Shown: positions 1 through 10,055, counted from the first letter of the stretch. The stretch is DNA of 64,000 nt from Patescibacteria group bacterium (GCA_034002925.1 JAVEZP010000001.1:132024-196023); one strand, 5' to 3'. Translations and numbers: made by a program. Notes: generated by a model not told the origin, from the sequence alone.

Positions 1-918
1 ATCTGAACGAATAATAGGTAACACTCCTAAATCAAACTTTTCTAAATCAGCAATGATAGCGCCTTCGCTTTTCTTTAAAATACCTTTTTGCAAGAAATCA
101 TTAACAATTTTTAATCCTTCTTCAATTAATTTATTTTCATAGAAAATATGATCAAACTGGATACCTAATTCTTTATAGATTTGATCAAAGTATTCAATGC
201 TCCACTCTCTTGTTTCTTGCCATAAAATATAATTCTGACCTTGACGTGTTTCTATTTCTTTCATAATAGCCGCCACTTCTATTTTTTTCTTTTCATCGGC
301 ACTAATTTCCTGACTAGCTGCTGCATAACAAGCTCCCAAAAGATAGCCTTTATGAACTCCTTGTGCTAATTCTTCTTGCCACTTGTCTCGCTGTGCCCCT
401 AATTGCCAACCCCAAAGAGTTTTAGCTACATGAATGCCAAAATCATTAATATAGGAAACTGGGATTACTTGATAATTAGAAAATGCCAATATTTTATTTA
501 CCGCATCACCAAAAAATAAATTACGTAAATGACCAACGTGATATTCTTTGTGAGTATTAGCATTAGAATACTCTATCATCACTTTATCCTGCTGACCAAG
601 CAAGTTTGATCCAAATTTTTCTCCCTCTTGCTGAATTTGCTCAATAGTAGCTTGAGCTAAAATTTCAGCTTTAATATAAATATTAAGATAGGGGCCAACT
701 GCCTGTATTTTATCAATCTGGCTCATTAATGATTTATCAAGTTCTAACTGATTCACTAATTTAACTGCCAATTCCACCGGATTAGCAGTTAATTTTTTAG
801 CTAAATTAAAAAGAGGTAAACTTAAATCACCCATATTAGCTTGGGGAGGATAAACAAAATCAGTCGCCGTCACTCCTAAACTATTAGCTAATTTTTCTTT
901 AAGCTCTTCTAAATACAT
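1..918 (-). CDS. argS: arginyl-tRNA synthetase, N-terminal part (gene continues beyond window start)
   Basis: Absent from the ORF track because it runs off the window edge. My minus-strand translation from ATG (916-918) reads MYLEELKEKLANSLG...VGPYLNIYIK, an ArgRS N-domain, and later NANTHKEYHVGHLRN, a class I HIGH-type motif. Confidence 0.85.
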   Translation of the reverse strand, partial: MYLEELKEKLANSLGVTATDFVYPPQANMGDLSLPLFNLAKKLTANPVELAVKLVNQLELDKSLMSQIDKIQAVGPYLNIYIKAEILAQATIEQIQQEGEKFGSNLLGQQDKVMIEYSNANTHKEYHVGHLRNLFFGDAVNKILAFSNYQVIPVSYINDFGIHVAKTLWGWQLGAQRDKWQEELAQGVHKGYLLGACYAAASQEISADEKKKIEVAAIMKEIETRQGQNYILWQETREWSIEYFDQIYKELGIQFDHIFYENKLIEEGLKIVNDFLQKGILKKSEGAIIADLEKFDLGVLPIIRSD

Positions 919-924
919 AAAAAC

Positions 925-2139
925 TTAAACAAGATGAATCTTAATAAACTGTCTCTTACCTCTTTGTATAATTAAATTTTCTGTTATACTTATTTCAACC
1001 TGAGGATTGTTTTGAACTTCTAATTTATCAGCCATTCCCACTTTTATACCTCCTTGAGTAATTAAGCGTCTAGCTTCTCCTTTACTTGCTACTAATTTTG
1101 TTAAGACTAATAAATCAACTAATGCATATACGCCAGTTTTAATCGTAATTTCTGGAATATCATCGGGTATTTCTTTATTTTGTACAGTCTTAATAAAATG
1201 TTCCTGTGCAGCTAAAGCTTTTTCTTGACCATGATTAATCTTGGTGATCTCAAAAGCTAAGCGCATTTTACTGTCACGAGGGTTTTTATTAATATCAATA
1301 TTTTTTATTTCTTCCCAATTTAAAAAGGTACAAAGTTCAAAGGCTGAGCTCAAAACTCCATCCGGCCAAGACATTACTTTAGCATACATATCAATTGGCT
1401 CTTCATCCAAATTAACGATATTGCCTTCACTCTTGCCCATTTTTTTACCTTCACTGTCAGTTAATAGCTTCATAGTTAAAACTCCTTTATCTTTCTTACT
1501 ACTTACTTTTAATAAATCTCGACCACACATCATATTAAACATTTGATCATTGCCACCAATTTCAAAATCAACATCTAACATCACACTATCATAAGCTTGG
1601 GCTAAGGGATATAAAAACTCATGTAAAAAAATTGGCTTTTCTTCTGTTAACCGCTTCTGAAACATATCTCGCTGAATCATTCTTTGTACTGTAAAATTCG
1701 AAGCAATAGAAATTAAATCCTTAAAACTTAGCTTGTCTTGCCACTCATGATTATAACGTAATTCAGCTGGATTATCACCAGTAAAATCAAGATAAACAGC
1801 TGCTTGTTGTTGAAAATTAAGAGCGTTTGACATTACTTCTTCGCGAGTCAATTGTTTACGAGCAGCTCCTTTGTCTGTAGGGTCACCAATCATGCCCGTA
1901 AAGCTACCAATTAAAAAAATTACCTTATGCCCAGCCAGTTGAAACTGTCTTAATTTAATTAAAGCAATAGCGTTACCAATATGTAAAGCCTTTGCACTAG
2001 GGTCAAAACCACAATACACTCTTAATTTATTTCCACTTTTTAATTTTTTTTCCAGCTCATTTCTATCTGGATAATGTTTTTCAACTCCTCGATCAAGAAT
2101 TTCATTAATTAAGGCTAATTTATTTTCTGAAATTGACAT
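925..2139 (-). CDS. tyrS: tyrosyl-tRNA synthetase with C-terminal S4 domain
   Basis: Class I motifs HIGN and KMGKS, and a C-terminal S4-like GEARRLI..GGI.V. The track ORF extends to 2202. I prefer the internal Met (MSISENKL, ATG 2137-2139) because the extra 21 aa are not TyrRS-like. Confidence 0.9.
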   Translation of the reverse strand: MSISENKLALINEILDRGVEKHYPDRNELEKKLKSGNKLRVYCGFDPSAKALHIGNAIALIKLRQFQLAGHKVIFLIGSFTGMIGDPTDKGAARKQLTREEVMSNALNFQQQAAVYLDFTGDNPAELRYNHEWQDKLSFKDLISIASNFTVQRMIQRDMFQKRLTEEKPIFLHEFLYPLAQAYDSVMLDVDFEIGGNDQMFNMMCGRDLLKVSSKKDKGVLTMKLLTDSEGKKMGKSEGNIVNLDEEPIDMYAKVMSWPDGVLSSAFELCTFLNWEEIKNIDINKNPRDSKMRLAFEITKINHGQEKALAAQEHFIKTVQNKEIPDDIPEITIKTGVYALVDLLVLTKLVASKGEARRLITQGGIKVGMADKLEVQNNPQVEISITENLIIQRGKRQFIKIHLV

Positions 2140-2255
2140 AAACGCTTGGTAATAATTTAGTAAATATGATATAATAGTAGCAAACCTAGCTGAATTTTTC
2201 AATTCAAGATAGTTTTTATTAATTATCCTTATATTATATAATTTTTTATAAATTT

Positions 2256-3227
2256 ATGTTCTCTTATCGAACTTTTATTAAACAAGCTTGGCAAATTAGC
2301 AAACGTTATCACCATTTGTGGTTTTTTGGTATTTTTGCCTCATTATTAGCTATAGGAGGAGAGTATCAGATTATCACCCAGAGCGCCACTAGTCATCCAG
2401 GCGGTAGTTTTATTAGTAGTGGTAACTTAATATTACAAAGCTTATTTAATTCTAGCTTCTACGAAGGTCTTTCTTTATTGATATCAGAAAATCCAGCTGC
2501 TTTTTGGGCTCTTATCAGCATCACCCTGTTATCACTGGCTCTGATTGTAATTATGATCTATTTAGCTATCTTGTCACAATCAGCGCTTGTATCCCAAAGT
2601 GCTCAAATCTTAATGAGTAAAAAGAAAAAAGAAAATTTATCAATTAATGACGGACTAAAAGAAGCACGCCCTCATTTTTGGAGAGTGTTAGCCTTAAATT
2701 TAAGTAGTTATATAATAGTAACTTTCAGTTTATTTCTAATCAGTCTACCTTTGGTCTTTTTATTAGTAATTGATTCTATTGCCCTAGGTTTTGCCTACAC
2801 TCTATTATTTATTATTTTTGCCCCTATCGCTTTGTCTTTAGCTTTAGTAATAAAATATGCAATTGCCGCTAGAGTATTAGAAAAACTTAGCTTCGTTTCT
2901 TCCTTACAAAAAGGTCTACACATTTTTAAAGAAAATTGGTTAGTTAGTTTAGAAATGGCTCTCATCTTATTTTTAATTAATTTTTTAACTGGTGTCGCTA
3001 CCTTATTTTTTATTGCCTTATTCTTCTTGCCAATGTTGTTTGTGGCTTTGCAATTCTATGCGCCCGTGATGGCCGCTTTCAGCCTTATCCTATCTATCAG
3101 CACTATGTTGATAATTGCTTCATGGCTCAATACTTTTCAAATTAGCGCCTGGACTAGTCTGTATCTTCATTTACAAGACAAAAAAGGCATCAGTAAACTA
3201 GAAAGATTGTTTGCTAAAAGAAAGTAA
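2256..3227 (+). CDS. polytopic membrane protein, unknown function
   Basis: 323-aa ORF with about 6-7 hydrophobic helices and no recognisable catalytic motif. Confidence 0.6.
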   Translation: MFSYRTFIKQAWQISKRYHHLWFFGIFASLLAIGGEYQIITQSATSHPGGSFISSGNLILQSLFNSSFYEGLSLLISENPAAFWALISITLLSLALIVIMIYLAILSQSALVSQSAQILMSKKKKENLSINDGLKEARPHFWRVLALNLSSYIIVTFSLFLISLPLVFLLVIDSIALGFAYTLLFIIFAPIALSLALVIKYAIAARVLEKLSFVSSLQKGLHIFKENWLVSLEMALILFLINFLTGVATLFFIALFFLPMLFVALQFYAPVMAAFSLILSISTMLIIASWLNTFQISAWTSLYLHLQDKKGISKLERLFAKRK

Positions 3228-3302
3228 TTTTTAAAAAAGAACCTAAAAAACGGCCATAACTTCTTGTTTAATAGTTTTTGGCCGTTTATTTAATAACGCC
3301 TT

Positions 3303-6300
3303 ATGAGCGATCTTGCTTCCATTGAAAACTTAATAGATCCAAATAATAGTCAAGATGAAGATAGTGTACAGGGTCAGTTTGCTAAAAAACAACAGGAGAT
3401 AAAGTTAAAAGAGATTGAAAAACAAACAGAGAAAAAAGCGGCGCTGCTAGGCTTGCCTTATGTTAACTTATTTAGCTTTCCCATTAGTCCTGAAGCTTTA
3501 GTTATTATTCCTGAAAATACCGCCCTCTCCTTGCAGGCTGTATGTTTTTTTTATGATGGTCGTCACATCAGAGTCGCTTGTTTAGAGCCAAGCCCAGAAG
3601 TAGCAGAAGAAATAGAAAGAATAAATGAACAATATCACGCTGATACTAAACTCTATCTTGTATCGCAAAATAGCTTAAACCAAGCCTTAGAAGCCTATAA
3701 ATCACTCCCAAAGACTAAAAAATATGACTCTGGTGTGGAAATAAATGAAGATAGTTTAGAAAAGTTCAAACAAGACATTGCTAGTTATAAAAACCTAGAA
3801 GATAAGATTAATACTGTTAACGTCAGTGATATTGTCACTTTAATTTTAGCCACAGCTATTAAAGTTGGAGCCAGCGATATTCATATTGAAGCTGAAGAAC
3901 ATGGCGTAGCTGTGCGTCTACGCATTGACGGTGTTCTACAAGAAGCCGCTGTAATCGACAAGGATAAGTGGAAAAAGGTAGTAACCCGCATGAAAATTTT
4001 AGCCAGAGTAAAAATAAATATCAGCAATAAGCCTCAAGATGGACGTTATACAATTTATCTTAAGGATGGCAAAATTGATGTCAGATCTTCATTTCTACCA
4101 ACAGCCTATGGTGAAAGTGTGGTAATGAGATTATTAAACTCAAAAGCTGTAGCTTTGGAATTTGAAAAATTAGGCATTAGACCAGAAATACTCAAAAAAC
4201 TAAAAAGAGAAATTGAGAAACCAAATGGTCTAATTCTCACCACTGGTCCAACCGGCTCTGGTAAGACCACTACTCTGTATGCAGTTTTAAATAAATTAAA
4301 TCAACCGGGTAGCAAGATTGTTACTCTAGAAGATCCTATTGAATACCAACTAGAAGGCATTAATCAAAGCCAGGTAGAAACTAGCCGAGGCTATAGTTTT
4401 TCCGATGGCTTAAGGTCTATTTTGAGACAAGATCCGAACATTATTATGGTAGGTGAAATCAGAGACTTAGAAACAGCGGAAATTGCTGTTCAAGCTTCTT
4501 TAACAGGCCATTTAGTACTATCAACCCTGCACACCAATGATGCGGCTGGTGTTATCCCACGACTCATTGATATTGGCGTTAAACCATATTTTTTAGTACC
4601 CTCTATTAACGCTGTTATTGGGCAAAGATTAATCAGAAAATTATGCCCCCATTGTCGTCTTGAACATCAATTAAATACAGAAGAACAAGAACAAATTCAA
4701 AAAATATTAGCTGTTATTTCACCCAAGGCAAACATTGATATTCCCGCTAAAATACCAACCGTTTATAAAGTTGGTGAAGGTTGTGAACACTGTAATTATA
4801 TTGGCTATAAAGGCCGAGTAGGTATTTATGAAATATTCACTATGGATGATAATTTGAAGCAATTAACTATTGATAAAGCTCCTTCTTTTAAGATACTGCA
4901 ACAAGCTATTGAAAACGGCATGATTACCATGCTTCAAGATGGAATTTTAAAATGTTTAGAAGGCCTTACTTCTTTAGAAGAAGTATACCGCGTAATTGGT
5001 AATTTTGATTATGTTAATGAGTTATATGATATCGTCATCTCTCAAACCATCGGACGTGGTATTAAAATTAGTTCTGAAGAATACAGTAAGGCGGAAAGTT
5101 TAACTAAAAACATAGATAAACAATTAAATTTAAGCGACATCCCTTCAAAGGAATTAATATCCTTGATTATGGGCATGGCAGTTGCTAGTGATGCTGGAGA
5201 TGTTCACATTGAACCAACAGAAACTGGCGTCAAAACTCGTTTTCGTATTGACGGCGTCATGCATGACGTTTTAGATTTACCAAAAACCAGCTATCTACCA
5301 ATCCTGTCAGAAGTAAAAATTTTAGCTGGTTTTGCTACCAATATTAAAAGAGCTACTCTAGATGGTCGTTTTAGTATTTATTTAGCAGAGAAAAAAATTG
5401 ACTGTCGTCTTTCCATTATTGCTGGTGGCTATGGAGAAACGATTGTTGTGAGATTATTGTCTAATTCAGCTGCTACCTTAGAGTTAGAAAAACTAGGAAT
5501 TACTTCTGTTGCTAAAAGCTCTTTGGAAGAAGCTATTACTAAAACTAAAGGTATTATTATAACCACCGGACCAACTGGATCTGGTAAGACCACGACTTTG
5601 TATGGCATTCTTAATAAATTAAATAAATCTGATGTTAAAATTATTACCGTTGAAGATCCAATTGAATATCAATTACCAGGAGTGATGCAGACACAAATAG
5701 ACCCAGAGAGGGGTTATACTTTTGCCGCCGCCATGCGTTCTCTCTTACGACAAAATCCCAATATTATGATGATTGGAGAAATAAGAGACACAGAAACCGC
5801 AAAAATTGCCATTGAAGCAGCTATGACCGGTCATTTAGTATTATCGACTATTCATGCCAACAGCGCTGCCGGAGCTATTTCTCGCTTTGCTGGTCTGGGA
5901 GTAGATAAGTCAGCCCTAGCTAATGCTTTAGAATTCTCAATTGGACAAAGACTGGCGCGTCGTATTTGTCCTCATTGTAAAGTGATAGATAATCCACGAC
6001 CCGACCATCTACAAAAAGCGGAAGAAATATTAAAAAGCATTACTAATAAAAATATAAAAATTCCAGATAAACTCGAGTTCTATCGTGGCGCTGGTTGTGA
6101 TCAATGTAAAAAGCTAGGCTATAAAGGACGTATTGGTCTTTACGAAACCATTAGTTCTACACCTACTATTCAAAAAATGATCAAAAGTGAAGCTTCAACC
6201 GATTATGACATTGAAGTAGAAGCTATTAAGAGCGGCACTGTGACTATGGCTCAAGATGGAATATTAAAAGCTTTAGCTGGGGAAACTAGTTTAGAAGAAG

Positions 6301-6317
6301 TTTTCCGAGTTATCTAA
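3303..6317 (+). CDS. pilB: tandem-duplicated PilB/GspE-family secretion ATPase (two complete ATPase modules in one chain)
   Basis: T2SSE_N-like N-terminus (LGLPYVNL...). Two full sets of motifs follow: Walker A GPTGSGKTTTLY (x2), Walker B IIMVGEIRD / IMMIGEIRD, His box TGHLVLSTLH / TGHLVLSTIH, and tetracysteine CPHC...C..C (x2). Confidence 0.9.
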   Translation: MSDLASIENLIDPNNSQDEDSVQGQFAKKQQEIKLKEIEKQTEKKAALLGLPYVNLFSFPISPEALVIIPENTALSLQAVCFFYDGRHIRVACLEPSPEVAEEIERINEQYHADTKLYLVSQNSLNQALEAYKSLPKTKKYDSGVEINEDSLEKFKQDIASYKNLEDKINTVNVSDIVTLILATAIKVGASDIHIEAEEHGVAVRLRIDGVLQEAAVIDKDKWKKVVTRMKILARVKINISNKPQDGRYTIYLKDGKIDVRSSFLPTAYGESVVMRLLNSKAVALEFEKLGIRPEILKKLKREIEKPNGLILTTGPTGSGKTTTLYAVLNKLNQPGSKIVTLEDPIEYQLEGINQSQVETSRGYSFSDGLRSILRQDPNIIMVGEIRDLETAEIAVQASLTGHLVLSTLHTNDAAGVIPRLIDIGVKPYFLVPSINAVIGQRLIRKLCPHCRLEHQLNTEEQEQIQKILAVISPKANIDIPAKIPTVYKVGEGCEHCNYIGYKGRVGIYEIFTMDDNLKQLTIDKAPSFKILQQAIENGMITMLQDGILKCLEGLTSLEEVYRVIGNFDYVNELYDIVISQTIGRGIKISSEEYSKAESLTKNIDKQLNLSDIPSKELISLIMGMAVASDAGDVHIEPTETGVKTRFRIDGVMHDVLDLPKTSYLPILSEVKILAGFATNIKRATLDGRFSIYLAEKKIDCRLSIIAGGYGETIVVRLLSNSAATLELEKLGITSVAKSSLEEAITKTKGIIITTGPTGSGKTTTLYGILNKLNKSDVKIITVEDPIEYQLPGVMQTQIDPERGYTFAAAMRSLLRQNPNIMMIGEIRDTETAKIAIEAAMTGHLVLSTIHANSAAGAISRFAGLGVDKSALANALEFSIGQRLARRICPHCKVIDNPRPDHLQKAEEILKSITNKNIKIPDKLEFYRGAGCDQCKKLGYKGRIGLYETISSTPTIQKMIKSEASTDYDIEVEAIKSGTVTMAQDGILKALAGETSLEEVFRVI

Positions 6318-6321
6318 AAAT

Positions 6322-6897
6322 ATGATTGATACAACATTTATTTCTCGATTAAGAAAAGATTATAAAGAAAAAGAAAAAAGTCGCCGTCAAATTATTAGCC
6401 GTTCCAACGAAGTTTTATTTCAAGCTAAAAAAAGTATTTTTGCACTACATCGTGATGATAAACAACTAGCAGCTGAAAAATTGCAAGAAATGGAAATATC
6501 GTTAAAAAAATTAGAAAAAGAATTTGGCTTTACCCGTCTCAAAGAAGAAGGTGCCTATCAAGCGGCAGTTGAAGAATATGTAGAAGCTAAAAGCTTAGCA
6601 GCCATTATTGATAATAAAAAGATCAAGGCAGTGCCAGGTATAAAAATTGCTTATGATAGTTATTTGGGTGGCCTGTGTGATCTTATTGGAGAAATGGTGC
6701 GTTTAGCGACTAATCGTGCAACCAGAGGAGACTATAAAAGCGCTGCCGTCTTAAAAGAACAAGCTGAAACAATTATGGCCGAGCTACTTGATTTTGATTT
6801 AACTGGCTATTTAAGAACTAAATACGATCAAGCCCGTGGTCACTTAAGAAAATTAGAACAAATAAGTTACGAAATTAAATTACACAAAGAAAAGTAA
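6322..6897 (+). CDS. translin-family protein (tentative)
   Basis: All-helical 191-aa protein. The YLGGLCDLIGEMVRLA segment resembles the translin YLxGlxDltGEL motif. Confidence 0.45.
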   Translation: MIDTTFISRLRKDYKEKEKSRRQIISRSNEVLFQAKKSIFALHRDDKQLAAEKLQEMEISLKKLEKEFGFTRLKEEGAYQAAVEEYVEAKSLAAIIDNKKIKAVPGIKIAYDSYLGGLCDLIGEMVRLATNRATRGDYKSAAVLKEQAETIMAELLDFDLTGYLRTKYDQARGHLRKLEQISYEIKLHKEK

Positions 6898-6899
6898 TT

Positions 6900-7403
6900 A
6901 TGCTAATCGCTATTGCCGCTGATTTGCATGACAATTTAGCTAATTGGAAAATATTTAACCACTATGCCAAAAAGCAGGATATAAAAAACCTGCTTTTCTG
7001 TGGCGACCTTGGTAATCAAGAGAGTCTCAAGGCAATAAGTAATGACTTTAATGGAAAAATTTATTTAATCTCTGGGAATGCTGATTTATACCAAGTGGAG
7101 ACTATTAAACTTTTCTCCAATATTAACTTTCTAGGACGCTGGTCAAGTATTATAATAGATAATATAAAAATGGCGCTCATACATGAACCAGAAAACCGTA
7201 AAAAACTAGAAAAAGGAATTGATATAAAACAAATAGAATATATTTTCTACGGCCACACTCACAAACCTTGGTTAGATAAAGAAAAAAATTTATTATTAAT
7301 TAATCCCGGTACTCTTGGCGGTGTATTTTATCCCGCTAGTTTTGCTATATTAGACACTAAGAGTAAAAAAGTAGAATTAAAAAGATTAGATCAATTAATA
7401 TAA
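6900..7403 (+). CDS. metallophosphoesterase, YfcE/MJ0936 family
   Basis: Motifs DLHDN, GDLG, GNAD, GHTH in canonical order. Confidence 0.8.
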   Translation: MLIAIAADLHDNLANWKIFNHYAKKQDIKNLLFCGDLGNQESLKAISNDFNGKIYLISGNADLYQVETIKLFSNINFLGRWSSIIIDNIKMALIHEPENRKKLEKGIDIKQIEYIFYGHTHKPWLDKEKNLLLINPGTLGGVFYPASFAILDTKSKKVELKRLDQLI

Positions 7404-7431
7404 ATTAACTCTGTAAAAAATTCTTTTTTAT

Positions 7432-7460
7432 AAAAACACCTCTACTGCTAGAGGTGTTTT
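7432..7460. terminator. bidirectional intrinsic terminator between convergent genes
   Basis: Stem ACACCTCTA / TAGAGGTGT with loop CTGC, flanked by an A-run and a T-run. Confidence 0.8.
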
Positions 7461-7464
7461 GTAT

Positions 7465-9936
7465 TTATTGAAAAAATTCTTTCAAATATTGTCCTGTTAA
7501 GCTATTTTTCTTTTTTGTAATTTCTGGTGGCGTACCACTAGCTACCACCAGCCCTCCCTTTTCTCCTCCTTCTGGGCCCATATCAATAATCCAATCTACT
7601 GCTTTAATTACATCTAAATTATGCTCAATAATAAGAACGGTATTACCTTGATCAACTAACATATTTAATACTTTTAATAGCTTATCAATATCAGCAAAGT
7701 GCAAACCAGTGGTAGGTTCATCAAGAATATAAAGAGTGCGACCAGTGGCCCGTCGTGACAGCTCAGTTGCTAATTTTATTCTCTGCGCTTCTCCTCCTGA
7801 AAAAGTGGTAGCGGATTGTCCTAAAGTAATATAGCCTAAACCCACTTCTTCTAAAGTAGCCAACTTCTGACAAACAGCTGAATGCCCTTTAAAGAAAACC
7901 AGAGCTTCACTCACAGTTAAATTAAGAACATCAAAAATATTTTTGTCACGATATTTAATGTCTAATATTTTTTGTTGAAAACGCTGACCATGACAAGCTT
8001 CACATTTTAAATAAACATCATTTAAAAATTGCATCTCTACTTTAATAGCACCATCTCCTGAACAACGCTCACATCTTCCTCCCTGTACATTAAAAGAAAA
8101 ATAACCAGGAGTTAACCGCTTCACTCTAGCCTCTGGTAATTCAGCAAAAATATCACGAATATAAGTATAAAGACCGGTATAAGTGGCCGGATTAGATCTT
8201 GGTGTACGCCCAATCGGTGATTGATCAATATCAATAACCTTATCAATATTTTCTAAGCCTTTTATCTCTTTATGCTTACCGACCTCAACCTTAGAACGAT
8301 AAAATTTCTTACTTAAAGCATTAGCTAAAATATCAGACATTAAAGTAGATTTACCAGAACCAGAAACTCCGGTGATAGCTACTAATTTACCTAAAGGAAT
8401 ATGTACATCAATATTTTTTAAGTTATGATGCTGTGCCCCTAATACAGAAATATGCTTTTTATTACCTTCTCTAAATTTTTCTTTTTTAGCAATAGCCAAT
8501 TTACCTGATAAATAAGCACCGGTACTAGACTGATGGCAATTATAAATATCTTGAGGCTTACCTGCAAAAATAATTTTCCCTCCATGTTCACCTGCGCCTG
8601 GACCAACGTCAACTAAATAATCCGCTGCTTGCATCATGGTCGCGTCATGCTCTACTACAATCACAGTATTACCATTATCACGCAAATTTTTTAACATCGA
8701 AATTAACTTATCATTATCTCTTTGGTGCAAACCCACCGAAGGCTCATCTAAAACATACAAAACACCACTTAAAGTAGAGCCAACTTGTGCTGCTAAACGA
8801 ATACGTTGGGCCTCGCCACCAGATAAGCTAGCGGCCGGACGACTAAGAGTCAGATAAGACAAGCCGACTTTCTCTAAAAATTCTAGATTTTTTACCATTT
8901 CTTTAATAATTGGCTGTAAAACAATTTGATTAGCAAACTTTTGATCAGTCAACAACCATTGATTGAGATTATTTTTTAAACGATCAATTGTTAACTCACT
9001 CATTTCATGAATATTTTTACCCTTAATTTTTACCGCTAAATATTCTGACTTTAAGCGAGTGCCCATACAAGCTGGACAAACCGCTAAACGCATACACTTC
9101 TCTATTTCTTGCTTAACAAAGTTAGATTTTGTCTCTTCATGTCTTTCCATTAAATCAGCACTTAAACCCTGCCAATTTTTATCACCATTTAAAATAGCCG
9201 CCCTCTGGGCAGCGCTAAAGTTAGCAACTGGCTCATTCAAACTAAAATTATACTTATCTCCCAAAGCTTTTAACTTAACAAAAAAAGAACTTTGGGCATT
9301 TAAATTAGCATGGGCTAAAGGTTTAATTGCGCCTTGCAATAAAGTTAATTTAAAATTAAATACTAACTCTGGGTCTATTTCTGTTCTGTAGCCCAAACCA
9401 TTACAATGAGGACAAGCACCATAACTAGAATTAAAAGAAAAATTACGGGGCTCAATTTCAGGTAAAACAAAACTGCAAGTAGCGCAAGCGTAAGGAAAAA
9501 AATGCTCTGTCTTTTTCTTTTTTTTGTCTGTTTTCTTCTCTGTCTTTTTCAAACGACTCTTGCAATGAGGACAATATGGCCAACCAGCCCGCGCATATAA
9601 TAATCTTAAATAATCATATATTTCCGTTACTGTCCCCACTGTAGAGCGCGGATTATTACCTACCGTTCTCTGATCAATCGCAATAGCTGGTGAAAGACCT
9701 TCAATTAAATCAAAATCTGGCTTATCCATTAAACCGACAAATTGACGAGCATAAGCTGATAAAGACTCCACATAACGCCTCTGACCTTCAGCATAAATCG
9801 TATCAAAAGCTAAAGAAGATTTACCAGAGCCAGAAAGACCCGTAATAACAATTAATTGATTACGAGGTAATTCTAAATCTATATTCTTTAAATTATGAGT
9901 ACGTGCTCCTTTTATTCTAATCTTATTCTCAGTCAT
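7465..9936 (-). CDS. uvrA: excinuclease ABC subunit A, short form lacking the UvrB-binding domain
   Basis: Two ABC ATPase modules ([23 protein letters not shown] x2) and zinc-finger CxxC pairs. Only a ~25-aa Lys-rich linker lies between CPHC and CATC, where class I UvrA carries a ~130-aa UvrB-binding domain. Confidence 0.9.
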   Translation of the reverse strand: MTENKIRIKGARTHNLKNIDLELPRNQLIVITGLSGSGKSSLAFDTIYAEGQRRYVESLSAYARQFVGLMDKPDFDLIEGLSPAIAIDQRTVGNNPRSTVGTVTEIYDYLRLLYARAGWPYCPHCKSRLKKTEKKTDKKKKKTEHFFPYACATCSFVLPEIEPRNFSFNSSYGACPHCNGLGYRTEIDPELVFNFKLTLLQGAIKPLAHANLNAQSSFFVKLKALGDKYNFSLNEPVANFSAAQRAAILNGDKNWQGLSADLMERHEETKSNFVKQEIEKCMRLAVCPACMGTRLKSEYLAVKIKGKNIHEMSELTIDRLKNNLNQWLLTDQKFANQIVLQPIIKEMVKNLEFLEKVGLSYLTLSRPAASLSGGEAQRIRLAAQVGSTLSGVLYVLDEPSVGLHQRDNDKLISMLKNLRDNGNTVIVVEHDATMMQAADYLVDVGPGAGEHGGKIIFAGKPQDIYNCHQSSTGAYLSGKLAIAKKEKFREGNKKHISVLGAQHHNLKNIDVHIPLGKLVAITGVSGSGKSTLMSDILANALSKKFYRSKVEVGKHKEIKGLENIDKVIDIDQSPIGRTPRSNPATYTGLYTYIRDIFAELPEARVKRLTPGYFSFNVQGGRCERCSGDGAIKVEMQFLNDVYLKCEACHGQRFQQKILDIKYRDKNIFDVLNLTVSEALVFFKGHSAVCQKLATLEEVGLGYITLGQSATTFSGGEAQRIKLATELSRRATGRTLYILDEPTTGLHFADIDKLLKVLNMLVDQGNTVLIIEHNLDVIKAVDWIIDMGPEGGEKGGLVVASGTPPEITKKKNSLTGQYLKEFFQ

Positions 9937-9956
9937 TTTAGTAAAAATTAATTTTT

Positions 9957-9983
9957 AAAGCAGTGTATATTATACACTGCTTT
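9957..9983. promoter_or_regulatory. 27-bp perfect palindrome (candidate operator) over the probable uvrA -10 region
   Basis: AAAGCAGTGTATA-T-TATACACTGCTTT: 13-bp perfect arms. On the minus strand its centre reads GTGTATAATATACAC and contains TATAAT, 21-47 nt upstream of the uvrA ATG. There is no flanking U-run, so it is not a classical terminator. Confidence 0.55.
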
Positions 9984-10055
9984 AAGCGAAAAAACAACTA
10001 GCAACACATTAAGTCAAAATGAAAAGCTGGTTAACAATTAAATTTGATTAATAAT

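Noticed and set aside
1241-1546. Antisense shadow ORFs inside well-supported genes
   Set aside because: The track ORFs concerned are 1241-1546, 8636-8857, 9059-9391, 16010-16204, 17242-17523, 18671-18991, 21755-21973, 23055-23276, 23988-24320, 25136-25447, 34930-35121, 35991-36203, 37458-37925, 38475-38825, 41862-42065, 42965-43156, 47172-47414, 50677-50997, 53579-53782, 55166-55399, 56936-57163, 57631-57846, 60579-60806 and 63443-63772. Each lies entirely within, and antisense to, a longer ORF with clear family motifs. Their translations are low-complexity (Ser/Leu/Phe/Ile-rich), with no SD or motif.
3303-6317. Double PilB as an assembly artefact (collapsed or concatenated repeat)
   Set aside because: The two halves differ substantially at the nucleotide level (roughly 70% identity in the most conserved Walker A region by eye). 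They are joined by a unique in-frame linker, which argues for a genuine ancient fusion. Read-level confirmation is still advisable.
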